From positions 1-56,238 of the forward strand of contig JANJUO010000279.1 of the NCBI GenBank assembly GCA_024710535.1: 56,238 nt of DNA, read 5' to 3'. Positions 16,311 to 24,315 of this stretch are shown one piece after another (position 1 is the stretch's first letter; the number at the start of each line of letters is the position of its first letter). This DNA comes from a bacterium (lineage in GTDB: Bacteria > Bacteroidota > Ignavibacteria > Kapaibacteriales > UBA2268). The translations under genes were made by a program, and so were the position numbers. Below the pieces are notes generated by a model, which was not told the DNA's origin, ran no database searches, and saw only the letters and a list, made by a program, of their open reading frames with translations.

Positions 16311-16603
16311 CGTTCAATCCTCTGTTGATTGGCTGCTGCCAGCAGTGCTTGTGCGGTACGCTCGTTGCCGGATACCATCTCGTTGCGGAACGACTCCACG
16401 GCCGCGCCTGTCTGGCGGCTTTGTTGGGCGTTTTCGATCAGCAGCATTGGCAGCCACGTCACAGCGCAGCCCCAGCTATCGACTTCCTCTCCAGTGTTCG
16501 GGTTGGTACCTCTGACCTGAGTGAACCAGCCGCACTCAAGCTGTCTGCAGGGCCTGAACCCGTCGAGAGGACAATTGCTTTTCGGTTCGATCTTCAGATT
16601 CAT
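16307..16603 (-). CDS. Cys-rich hypothetical protein (98 aa)
   Basis: ATG 16603 lies 2 nt after the fibre stop. MNLKIEPKSNCPLDGFRPCRQLECGWF... The upstream part of the track ORF is junk-like. Confidence 0.55.
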   Translation of the reverse strand: MNLKIEPKSNCPLDGFRPCRQLECGWFTQVRGTNPNTGEEVDSWGCAVTWLPMLLIENAQQSRQTGAAVESFRNEMVSGNERTAQALLAAANQQRIER

Positions 16604-16605
16604 GA

Positions 16606-17901
16606 TCAATCCTTGGTGGCGATGATCACGTCCACGTACTGGACGGCAAGGTTGATGGCGGTTCCTGTGAAAGTGTGGTTGTGGCCCTCGTTCCCTCCAG
16701 TCCCATAGGTCCAATCGACTGCCCCCGCGTTCTGAGACTTCCAGTTCCACCCGCTACCGCCGGGGCCGTTTTGAGTTCCGTGGCCTAGTTGGTGGTTGTG
16801 GTTGGGCATCTGGGCAACCGTCAGGGTTGTCATCCCCACAGTTCCAGCCACCGCATGGCTCTTGAAGGCGTCCGTAAAGGCCACCGTACCGCCAGAGCTT
16901 GCCGACCCTGTGACCACCCGGAGGGCCTTGTTGTCGTGGGTCGTGTCTTTGGTCCAGCCCACGGGGGCGGTGGACTGGGCGAAAAGCATCTTCGTGCCGG
17001 ACGGAAACGGCGTAGCACCAACCGCTTCGTCTCGGGCTGCTGAAGCCTCGGCGGCCTTGGTGGTGGCGATACCTGCCTGGGTGGTCGCCGTCGACGCGGC
17101 CGCTTCTGCGGACCCTTTGTGACTGAGTGCGTCGTTTCGTGCAGTTTCGGCTGCGGAGCGCGCCGTCTCCGCGGCAATGCGGTCATCGTTGGCGTTGGCT
17201 GCGTGCGCGCCAGCGGCTGAGGCCTGGGATGTTGCGGTGGCGGCGGCTGCTTCCGCGCCGCCTTTCGCCGTTTGAGCGGTGTCTCGTGCAGACTCAGCAT
17301 CTACTTTCGCGGCTTGAGCTTGGTCCCTGGCCAGCTCCGCTGCATTCTTCGAAGAAAGAGATGCGGCCTCGTGCCCGGCAGCTTCGGCAGCTTTGGTCGT
17401 CGATATGCCGGCCTGGGTCGTCGCAGTGGTCGCCGCGGTCTCGGCAGACACGCGATCTGCGTCAGCCTCGGTAGCAGCGACCAATGTTGCATCCCGGGCT
17501 ACGATGGTGGCGTCACGAGCGGCGAGCGCGACCTGGCTGGCCTCGATGGCCGATTCGAGCTGCACCTGGCCGTCGAGCTTGCCGGGAAATGGCGGCAGCA
17601 GCGAGATCTCGTGCAGATTGGCCGTGAGTTCGGATGGCACGACAGCCTGGACCGTCAACGAGCGCCCGGAGGTGCTCCGCATCTTCACGTCATACAGTGA
17701 CTCGGTGGCCCCAAGCTGGTTTGGCCACAGGTTCAGCACACACACGCCGTTTTCATCAGCGGTGCCTCGAACCACTTCAGGGACAACATAGCCCTGATAG
17801 ATCTCGAAGCGGTTGAGCTTGGCCTCGAACGTGGCTCCGGCTTCCGGCTGCCCGTCCTGGCCATGCATCACGCACGTAACTGCGCAGGTTTGGAGTCCCA
17901 T
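16606..17901 (-). CDS. Tail fibre with Ala-rich repeats and a C-terminal tail-collar-like domain
   Basis: The peptide unit ATTQAGI(S/A)TTKAAEA is repeated, from an imperfect ~55-bp DNA repeat at ~17047-17100 and ~17381-17440. The C-terminus carries NHNH...GHNHTFTG motifs as in tail-collar/microcystin-dependent-protein-type domains. Confidence 0.75.
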   Translation of the reverse strand: MGLQTCAVTCVMHGQDGQPEAGATFEAKLNRFEIYQGYVVPEVVRGTADENGVCVLNLWPNQLGATESLYDVKMRSTSGRSLTVQAVVPSELTANLHEISLLPPFPGKLDGQVQLESAIEASQVALAARDATIVARDATLVAATEADADRVSAETAATTATTQAGISTTKAAEAAGHEAASLSSKNAAELARDQAQAAKVDAESARDTAQTAKGGAEAAAATATSQASAAGAHAANANDDRIAAETARSAAETARNDALSHKGSAEAAASTATTQAGIATTKAAEASAARDEAVGATPFPSGTKMLFAQSTAPVGWTKDTTHDNKALRVVTGSASSGGTVAFTDAFKSHAVAGTVGMTTLTVAQMPNHNHQLGHGTQNGPGGSGWNWKSQNAGAVDWTYGTGGNEGHNHTFTGTAINLAVQYVDVIIATKD

Positions 17902-17902
17902 G

Positions 17903-18754
17903 TCACTGAATCCTGTAGGAGAGAATCACAACGCCCTTGCCGCCCCAGCCGGCAACGGGATCAGGACCACCAGCGGAGCCGCCGCCGGATCCGGAGTTGG
18001 GTGCACCATTGCCAGCGGGCACCCTGCTTTCAGAGCCGCCAGCACCACCCCCGCCAATACCCCCTGGGCCGCCAACACCGCCGGCCGCGCCAGAGCCTCC
18101 GCCGCCAGCACCGAAGCGCTCTGTGGTTCCTCGAATGTTGGTGGGCTTGCCGGGCCCGCCTGCACCACCGGACCGAACGTCCCCAGGAACGTCCTGGCCA
18201 GGTCCGCCCATACCGCCGCCGCCGGCACCACCGGTGCGGCCGGTCGTAGATCCACCACGATTGCCGCCTCGGAAGCCGGTCGTCGGCGTACCGCCAGAGC
18301 GTGCCGGTTGAGGCAAGTTGAAGATGCCGCCAGCTCCCGATCCGGTGGGCCCGTTGACGCCGTTGTCTTCCCCGAAGCCGCCGCGGGGGCCGCCGGCTGC
18401 AGTAATGCCGAGAGCTGAGCTGGGCTGGCCGTTGGACGCAACATTCCCGCCGTCTCCAACCACGATCGGATACGAGCCAGCCAAGGCAGTCGTTGTGTCC
18501 TCAATGACCTCACCACCGCCCGCACCCCCACCGGTGCCCACTGTTCCGCCGCCGCCACCAGCAACGACCAGACGGCGCAGTGTGTTGAGGCCGGGAGATC
18601 CAGGGTTCTTGACCTCAAAGGTTCCGTTCTCATTGAACGTGTGAACCCGCCAAACACGTCCATCCGCGTCTGTGTAGGTTGTGATGACTCCGCCGACCGC
18701 ATCCATGAACGGAGATCCGCCACCACCGAGGACGATGCAATGCACGCCCGCCAT
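17903..18754 (-). CDS. Glycine-rich tail-associated protein (283 aa)
   Basis: TGATG overlap with the upstream gene. Extreme Gly content in GGxGG repeats. Lies between two fibre-type genes. Confidence 0.65.
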   Translation of the reverse strand: MAGVHCIVLGGGGSPFMDAVGGVITTYTDADGRVWRVHTFNENGTFEVKNPGSPGLNTLRRLVVAGGGGGTVGTGGGAGGGEVIEDTTTALAGSYPIVVGDGGNVASNGQPSSALGITAAGGPRGGFGEDNGVNGPTGSGAGGIFNLPQPARSGGTPTTGFRGGNRGGSTTGRTGGAGGGGMGGPGQDVPGDVRSGGAGGPGKPTNIRGTTERFGAGGGGSGAAGGVGGPGGIGGGGAGGSESRVPAGNGAPNSGSGGGSAGGPDPVAGWGGKGVVILSYRIQ

Positions 18755-19440
18755 CAGCCGACCCCTTGCCCGGTGATCACGAACTCGTTTTCACGGATGC
18801 AGTAGATCGAGCACAGGCCCCGCGGCTGCAGCGTTCTGTTTGCGTTGGCCGCGCCTACCCACCAAAGGGTGACTCCCTCACCCTTGTTGATTACGATGCT
18901 GGCAGCGCTGTCGTTGTAGACCACCACGATGTCGTCCTTGACGAACTCCCCTGCGGGCAGGGTGATCGCGCCAGTTGCTGGGACGCACTTGCCGAGGTCG
19001 GCGCGAGAAAGCGAACGTCCAGGCGTCACCGGCTGGACGGGGACGGTGTTCCACTCGCGAGCAGCGGCGTCGAACGCGTTGAGGACATCGCCTGCGGTCA
19101 GGCAGATCCGGATAGGGGTGCCCGCGTCCCATGCCCGAGCTGCGCCCGATCCGTCCGTCTCGTAACCACGGATCACGTTGGCCAGAATGGCACTTCCAGC
19201 CGTTCGCGTCCGCACCGCAACGATCTCGGTGAACACCTCAACGGGAGGGTTCAGCGGGTCCGTCATGTTCGTCAGAGTTGCCTTGAACCAGTCTCCAGGA
19301 GCAGTCCCGAGCACACCGGCACCCACGTCAGCAATCGGAAACAGGTCGCCATCGCCAGCGGAAAGCGTGATCGTGGTGTCAAGAGCGGTGATCGCGGATG
19401 CCAGCACACTGCGGGCGTTGTTCTTGAACTTCTGGGCCAT
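18754..19440 (-). CDS. Tail fibre/adaptor-type protein (228 aa)
   Basis: ATG 19440 follows AAGGTG. The sequence is protein-like and beta-rich, in the tail module. Confidence 0.6.
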   Translation of the reverse strand: MAQKFKNNARSVLASAITALDTTITLSAGDGDLFPIADVGAGVLGTAPGDWFKATLTNMTDPLNPPVEVFTEIVAVRTRTAGSAILANVIRGYETDGSGAARAWDAGTPIRICLTAGDVLNAFDAAAREWNTVPVQPVTPGRSLSRADLGKCVPATGAITLPAGEFVKDDIVVVYNDSAASIVINKGEGVTLWWVGAANANRTLQPRGLCSIYCIRENEFVITGQGVG

Positions 19441-19443
19441 GGG

Positions 19444-20103
19444 TTACACCTTGGGCTCGACAGTGGTTGCGGCCTGCAGTTCCAGGCCAAGTTCTTGGGC
19501 TGCCTGCTGCAGGTAGCCGACAGAAATTGCAGTGTTGCCGGCGCCCTCCAGGTCCTTGGCGTAGGCGTAGTGCAGGATCAACGCCTCCAGGGCGGTCTGC
19601 CACTTGTCGGCCACACTGATGTCGCCAATGACGGTACTGAAGGCCTTGCCGTCGCCCGTAGGTGCCGGCACGTCCTGCGGGTACCGGCTGTACTCCAGAT
19701 CCACCACCGCGCCCGCAGCGGCAGGCGGATAGACCAGCACCTGGCGCGGCACGCGCAAGTCGTACATGAAGTGCACCACCTCGGTCTTGCCAGAAAGGCT
19801 GCGCCAGTTGGGCAAAGCGGCGTCCATCAGCGGCAAATCCGCCTTGGTGATGCGCGAGCGCTTGCCTGTCACGTTGGCCGTGATGTCGATCAGCGAGGCG
19901 GCGTAGGCGGGTAGCTCCTGACGGAAGCCAGCTACAAGTGGCCACTCCATTGACATGGCCGTCGTGTCGGGCCTTGCCTTCTGCATCCAGCGCTGCGCCT
20001 TGTTCAGGTGGCGCACCAGCGCTGATGCTGGCGAGCGAACGCCTGCCTTGTCATGCAGTGCTTCTTGGCAGTTCTCGATGATCGTTCGGGCGGCGATGGT
20101 CAT
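19444..20103 (-). CDS. Hypothetical virion protein (219 aa)
   Basis: Tightly packed ORF in the morphogenesis block with a protein-like sequence. Confidence 0.65.
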   Translation of the reverse strand: MTIAARTIIENCQEALHDKAGVRSPASALVRHLNKAQRWMQKARPDTTAMSMEWPLVAGFRQELPAYAASLIDITANVTGKRSRITKADLPLMDAALPNWRSLSGKTEVVHFMYDLRVPRQVLVYPPAAAGAVVDLEYSRYPQDVPAPTGDGKAFSTVIGDISVADKWQTALEALILHYAYAKDLEGAGNTAISVGYLQQAAQELGLELQAATTVEPKV

Positions 20104-20104
20104 G

Positions 20105-20722
20105 TCAGCACCATTTCACGCGCGAGCGCGGTACCGTGTTGGTGTGCGAGCGGAACACCAGGGCAGAGACGCGAGAGATTTCACGCTCAAAGAAAGCAAG
20201 ATCCAAGGCCGATCGGGCATCATCCGTGAACACCTGGTTCGGCAGCGATCGGATCCGATGCAACGCGCCTGCAACGATCGCGCTGGCGTATTGCTGCGTT
20301 AGGTGATCAGGTAGACCGATGGCATCCTCGGTGGGCGCCAGCGAGGCCTGCACCTGAATCCTCGTGCCCTGCGGAAACGAACGAGACAGCATGAGGACGC
20401 GCCGGTCGGTCGAGGACACCCCGTCACCACTCGGGTGACGCATCGGATCCGCACTCAACGTCATGGCTCCGTCGACAGGCAGCGGCGAGCCGTCTTTCGT
20501 TGCCGCCTCCACCCTGATGACGTATGCCCCGGCCGGAACATCCATATCCAGATCGCGCACCTCGTCGCTGTAGATCTGAAGCGGCTCCAGCCACTCGCGC
20601 CAGGCTCGGGTCTTGGAGAAAAACTCCTCGGCCGAGTTGCGCAGCTCAGCATTGGCCACCGGAACAGGACAGCCAATGACCCTGGGCAACAAGCGCGAAT
20701 GAAAAGCAGACCACTCGGCCAT
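20105..20722 (-). CDS. Hypothetical virion protein (205 aa)
   Basis: ATG 20722 follows GGGGTGA. Lies in the morphogenesis block. Confidence 0.65.
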   Translation of the reverse strand: MAEWSAFHSRLLPRVIGCPVPVANAELRNSAEEFFSKTRAWREWLEPLQIYSDEVRDLDMDVPAGAYVIRVEAATKDGSPLPVDGAMTLSADPMRHPSGDGVSSTDRRVLMLSRSFPQGTRIQVQASLAPTEDAIGLPDHLTQQYASAIVAGALHRIRSLPNQVFTDDARSALDLAFFEREISRVSALVFRSHTNTVPRSRVKWC

Positions 20723-20733
20723 CGGTCACCCCA

Positions 20734-21117
20734 TCAGGCTGCAGGCGGGGTGCCGGCCTTCTTGCGCCCACCGGTCTTGCGCGGTGCCTTGCCGGGCGCG
20801 GTCACAGGCGGGGTGTTGGCCTCGACGGGCAAACCGCTGGGGTTGCCGTTGTCCTGGCCATCGTCCTCGATGTCGTCATCGTCATCGTCGCCGGTGGCTG
20901 CATCGATCAAGGCCTCGGCCTTGGTCATGCCTTCCTCGTCCGCTGGCCAGAAGTAGTCGCCCTGGGCCTGCAGAACGTGCACCACAGTCGCGTCGTCATC
21001 GACTTCGCACACCATGTCACCCTGCTCGTCGGGCTTGAACTCGTAGGTCTTGCCGTTGAGGCCGGCCAGCTTGACGGTGCCATCGCGCCGGGGTTTGATC
21101 GAGGTTTGCAGCTTCAT
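20734..21117 (-). CDS. Hypothetical acidic protein (127 aa)
   Basis: ATG 21117 follows GGAGTG. It has a poly-Asp tract and a basic Pro-rich tail. Confidence 0.6.
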   Translation of the reverse strand: MKLQTSIKPRRDGTVKLAGLNGKTYEFKPDEQGDMVCEVDDDATVVHVLQAQGDYFWPADEEGMTKAEALIDAATGDDDDDDIEDDGQDNGNPSGLPVEANTPPVTAPGKAPRKTGGRKKAGTPPAA

Positions 21118-21128
21118 GTTTCACTCCA

Positions 21129-21162
21129 GAAAAAAGAAGGGGGCGCATGCCGGCCCCCTTCT
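21129..21162 (-). terminator. Rho-independent terminator after the decoration-protein gene
   Basis: 10-bp GC-rich stem (AGAAGGGGGC/GCCCCCTTCT), 8-nt loop, followed on the minus strand by TTTTTTC. Confidence 0.65.
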
Positions 21163-21207
21163 AAACCCGATGGCGCGGGACGCCGATCAAGGAGACAACT
21201 CAGCCGA

Positions 21208-21654
21208 TCAGGCCGCGCGATACATCAGGGTCAGGCCCACCGTGCCGGCCGCCTTGGTTGCGGCGGCTGCGGTGAACTTGATGCCGATCACACGGTCGAC
21301 GGCGGCGGGGGCCAGAGCCACCATTTCCTTGGTCACCAGATGCGCGGCCGTGCCATCGCGGCTGGCGGTCACACCAGCAGCCAGCACGGTCGACAGATCG
21401 GTTTCGCCGGCATTGACCAGGCCCACCGAGGCGGTGATGGTGGGGCTGGCATTGGTGTCCAGGTCGTCCGAGTCGTAGATGATCCCGGTCAGCACACAGC
21501 CGGCCGGCAGGATGGCCACAGCACCGGTGTCGTTGGCGTCCAGGTCGGCGGCCACCAAAGCGATGGTGCTGCGCTGGGCGACGATCTCGGCGCCCGCGGG
21601 CGTCACGGCAGGCGAGCGGCCTGCCAGTTGGTCGTTGCGATTGGTGAAAGCCAT
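21208..21654 (-). CDS. Putative capsid decoration protein (148 aa)
   Basis: Lies immediately downstream of the major capsid gene. Strong SD (GGAGAGAGAA). Small beta-rich protein followed by a terminator. Confidence 0.55.
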   Translation of the reverse strand: MAFTNRNDQLAGRSPAVTPAGAEIVAQRSTIALVAADLDANDTGAVAILPAGCVLTGIIYDSDDLDTNASPTITASVGLVNAGETDLSTVLAAGVTASRDGTAAHLVTKEMVALAPAAVDRVIGIKFTAAAATKAAGTVGLTLMYRAA

Positions 21655-21688
21655 TTCTCTCTCCTAAATCTTGGTGGCAGGCTCTGGA

Positions 21689-22804
21689 TCAGCGTGCAGC
21701 GCAGGCCGTATCCAGCGAGAACAGACCGAAGTCCTGGAAGCCGGCCGGCGTCTCGAAGCGCACCTTCTTCATGCCGAAGATGGAGCTGGTCGTGATCACC
21801 ACCTTGTCGCCGTTGTCACGGGTTTCCTCGTGCCAGTCGTAGCGCAGATTGGTACCGGGCGAACCGTAGGCAACAACGGCAGCCTGGGCGCCCATGAACA
21901 GTGCGCGGGCAGCTTCGACGTTGGCGCCGGATCCCGCGTTGTTGAAGCGGATCACGTTGCGGTGGCTGTGCAGGATCACGCCGCGGTACATGCCCAGCGA
22001 GCCCTTGAACAGCGGCGAGTTGCGGCCTTCGGCGCCGGCGGCAGCCTTCTGGATGTCCAGCCACTGACCGGTGTTCGTGTTCGAGCGAAGGTCGTCTTCC
22101 TGGAACGTGTGCATCACGCAGACGAACGTCTCGTTGCCGTCGATCTTGCAAGGCTGCAGCACCGGGATGTCGGTGGCACCGCCGCCCTGGCTGTCAGCGC
22201 GGGTCTTGGCGCGATCGATCAGACGCAAGTCGAACTTGTCGTTGGCGTCGATGTTGTTGAACGCGGTGGCGTCGTTGCCGTACAGCACGTGGGCCGAATC
22301 GGGGGCGGTCAGCGCGTTGTTGGCACGGCCAGCGTAGGTAGTCGGCAGCAGGAAGTTGGCGTTCACGCCACGGGCGCCCGACAGGTAGATGAACGACAGC
22401 TCATCCTGCAGGCGGGCCCACCAGCTCGACTGCTGGCGCTTGGCCTTGGCACGCAGATCGTGCAGCGTGCGCTTGCGGGTCATGCGGCCGCCAGTGTTCA
22501 CGCCGCAGCGTGCCTGGTCGATATACACCTGGTCGGTGTAGAAGCGCTGTTGCTCCTCCTTGCCTTCCAGGGTGTCCTCGCCTTCGACGGGGGCCATCTT
22601 CAGCTCGGCCAGCAGGTCGTAGCTGATCGCTTCGCCGGCATCCGACTCCAGATCGGTCAGGATCTGCAGCGGAACCTCGGCTTCGGCGCCACGCGCCATG
22701 AAGCGGCTGTTGAAGTAGGACTTCTGGCTGGCATCCAGCGCCAGCAGACCGGACCAGCGCTTGACCGCTTTGGGGTCGTTAACGCCAATGATTGTGCGAG
22801 CCAT
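21689..22804 (-). CDS. Major capsid protein, N4-gp56/epsilon15-type
   Basis: N-terminal pattern MARTIIGVNDPKAVKRWS...LTDLESDAGEAISYDLLAELK...GEDTLEGKEEQ...YIDQARCGV fits that family. SD AGGAG. Lies downstream of the scaffold gene. Confidence 0.8.
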   Translation of the reverse strand: MARTIIGVNDPKAVKRWSGLLALDASQKSYFNSRFMARGAEAEVPLQILTDLESDAGEAISYDLLAELKMAPVEGEDTLEGKEEQQRFYTDQVYIDQARCGVNTGGRMTRKRTLHDLRAKAKRQQSSWWARLQDELSFIYLSGARGVNANFLLPTTYAGRANNALTAPDSAHVLYGNDATAFNNIDANDKFDLRLIDRAKTRADSQGGGATDIPVLQPCKIDGNETFVCVMHTFQEDDLRSNTNTGQWLDIQKAAAGAEGRNSPLFKGSLGMYRGVILHSHRNVIRFNNAGSGANVEAARALFMGAQAAVVAYGSPGTNLRYDWHEETRDNGDKVVITTSSIFGMKKVRFETPAGFQDFGLFSLDTACAAR

Positions 22805-22850
22805 GTGTTACTCCTAAAGGTTTTGACCTGAAAGAGCACTCCTGCGCTCG
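22805..22850 (-). promoter_or_regulatory. Capsid-gene 5' leader with two GGA motifs (candidate CsrA-type binding sites)
   Basis: On the minus strand, GGA sits in the loop of a short hairpin GAGC-gcaGGAgt-GCTC (plus coordinates 22834-22849). A second GGA lies inside the SD AGGAG (22811-22815), 25 nt downstream. Confidence 0.4.
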
Positions 22851-22926
22851 ACAGCTTGAAATAAGCAGGCTCTATAGAACCATGCTTGTCACGAACTCTT
22901 GCATGCTCACCACGAGATTCACGCAG

Positions 22927-23130
22927 TTATGCGTGGGCCTCTGTGGCGTTTCGTGCGGGCTCTCTGTCCCGCGCCCTCTCTCGTTGAACTTTGACGGTGC
23001 GCGGCGCCACGACAACCAGGCGGGCCAGGCGGCCGGTCTTGTGTTGGATCTCGATGCGAATGCCATCGCCCAGCATGAGGCAGTCGCCGGGCTCCACATC
23101 GATCGTCAGTCGTGACGCCGCTTCGCTCAT
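22927..23130 (-). CDS. csrA: CsrA/RsmA-family RNA-binding protein homologue (67 aa)
   Basis: LTIDVEPGDCLMLGDGIRIEIQHKTGRLARLVVVAPRTVKVQRE aligns with E. coli CsrA [44 protein letters not shown] (G..LMxGD..., GxxxR, APxxVxVxRE). TGATG overlap with the scaffold gene stop. Confidence 0.7.
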   Translation of the reverse strand: MSEAASRLTIDVEPGDCLMLGDGIRIEIQHKTGRLARLVVVAPRTVKVQRERARDREPARNATEAHA

Positions 23131-24083
23131 CAGACCCCCGCGGCGTACTTCTCGCGCTGCGCCGGAGAAAGGCGCGCCAGGGCGGCCTCCAGCTCAACGC
23201 CTTCCAGGCGGTCCAGGTCGGCGAACTCGTCACCGGCAATGTCGCCAGGGCCATCGGACCCGGGCACGTGGGCCACGCTGGGGGCCACGGCGGCAACCGG
23301 CGGTGTGCGCCTGCTCACCGCGTCCTTGACCGGATCTGCGGCAGGTGCGCTGGCTGGCGGCTTTTGCGTGCTGATGCCGTGCAGGGCCAGCACTCGGCGG
23401 TGCGCTTCTTGCAGGAACCAGTCCATGGACTTGTCAGCGTTCTCGGCACGCGCGCCAAGCTGACGAACAAACCCGTCCAGGTCGTTCATCTTCTCGGTGT
23501 CGGTCCGATAGTCGATGCCGCCATGCTCCGGCTTGGCCGCCGCGGCAATCTGACGATCAATCGCGGCGTGCCACTGCTGCTCGATCGTCTGCTGATTCAT
23601 TTCCTTGGAGATCTCGGCCTTGAGCTCCAAGGTGCGCAGACCGTCTCGCTCCTGGCGGATCTGTTCCTGCTGCGCCTCGTAGTCGTCCAGCTCGATCTCG
23701 CCGGCTTTGAACTTCTCGCGCAGTTCCGCCGATCGACGTTCGACATCGGCCTTCTTGTCGGCGAAGTCTGCGGGCAGATCGGCTTTGTAGGTGACGGGCT
23801 TGCCCTGGGTAGCCGCATCATCAGCAACAGCCGGTGCGGCAGGTGCGGTAGCCGGCTGCGCTGCGGCGCCGTCCGCGGCTTGCGATGCGGGAGCGGGCGC
23901 GGCAGATCCTGCAGCGGCAGCGTCATCGCCGTCATCATCGTTGTCGTCGGCGGACGGGGCTGCACCGGAAGCGATCCGCTCCAGGGCTGCTTGTTCTTCG
24001 GCGTCGACCTCGGAAATTGCTGCTCGCTCCTCGGGGGTGAGGGTGTCGAGCATGGCCTGGTCGTTGTTGTCGGTAGCACTCAT
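23130..24083 (-). CDS. Scaffolding protein
   Basis: ATG 24083 follows AAGGAG. The protein is acidic, Ala/Asp/Glu-rich and coiled-coil, and lies between the portal and capsid genes. Confidence 0.65.
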   Translation of the reverse strand: MSATDNNDQAMLDTLTPEERAAISEVDAEEQAALERIASGAAPSADDNDDDGDDAAAAGSAAPAPASQAADGAAAQPATAPAAPAVADDAATQGKPVTYKADLPADFADKKADVERRSAELREKFKAGEIELDDYEAQQEQIRQERDGLRTLELKAEISKEMNQQTIEQQWHAAIDRQIAAAAKPEHGGIDYRTDTEKMNDLDGFVRQLGARAENADKSMDWFLQEAHRRVLALHGISTQKPPASAPAADPVKDAVSRRTPPVAAVAPSVAHVPGSDGPGDIAGDEFADLDRLEGVELEAALARLSPAQREKYAAGV

Positions 24084-24120
24084 GCGCTGATCTCCTTGCG
24101 GGGGTGGTGGGGGAAACTGC

Positions 24121-24309
24121 TCAATCCGGATCGGCCGCCACCTTGGCAACGGCCATCATCTTTTCCTTGGCCAAGGCCTGGGCCTTCGCCAGGCGCTTCG
24201 GGTCGGCCTTGATCTTCTCGGCCTCCATCAGGTACTCCAGGTCGCGCTCGACCTTCCAGCGGTCGTCGTCACTGATGGCAATTGCGTTGCCGGCTTTGCT
24301 CTTGGCCAT
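24121..24309 (-). CDS. Small hypothetical protein (62 aa)
   Basis: ATG 24309 follows GGAG. The sequence is helical and Lys/Ala-rich. Confidence 0.6.
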   Translation of the reverse strand: MAKSKAGNAIAISDDDRWKVERDLEYLMEAEKIKADPKRLAKAQALAKEKMMAVAKVAADPD

Positions 24310-24315
24310 GGTGGA

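Noticed and set aside
16606-19440. A diversity-generating retroelement acting on the fibre genes, as in some Bordetella podophages.
   Set aside because: I saw no reverse-transcriptase-like ORF and no template/variable repeat pair anywhere in the window. The only repeat in the fibre gene is an in-frame internal duplication.
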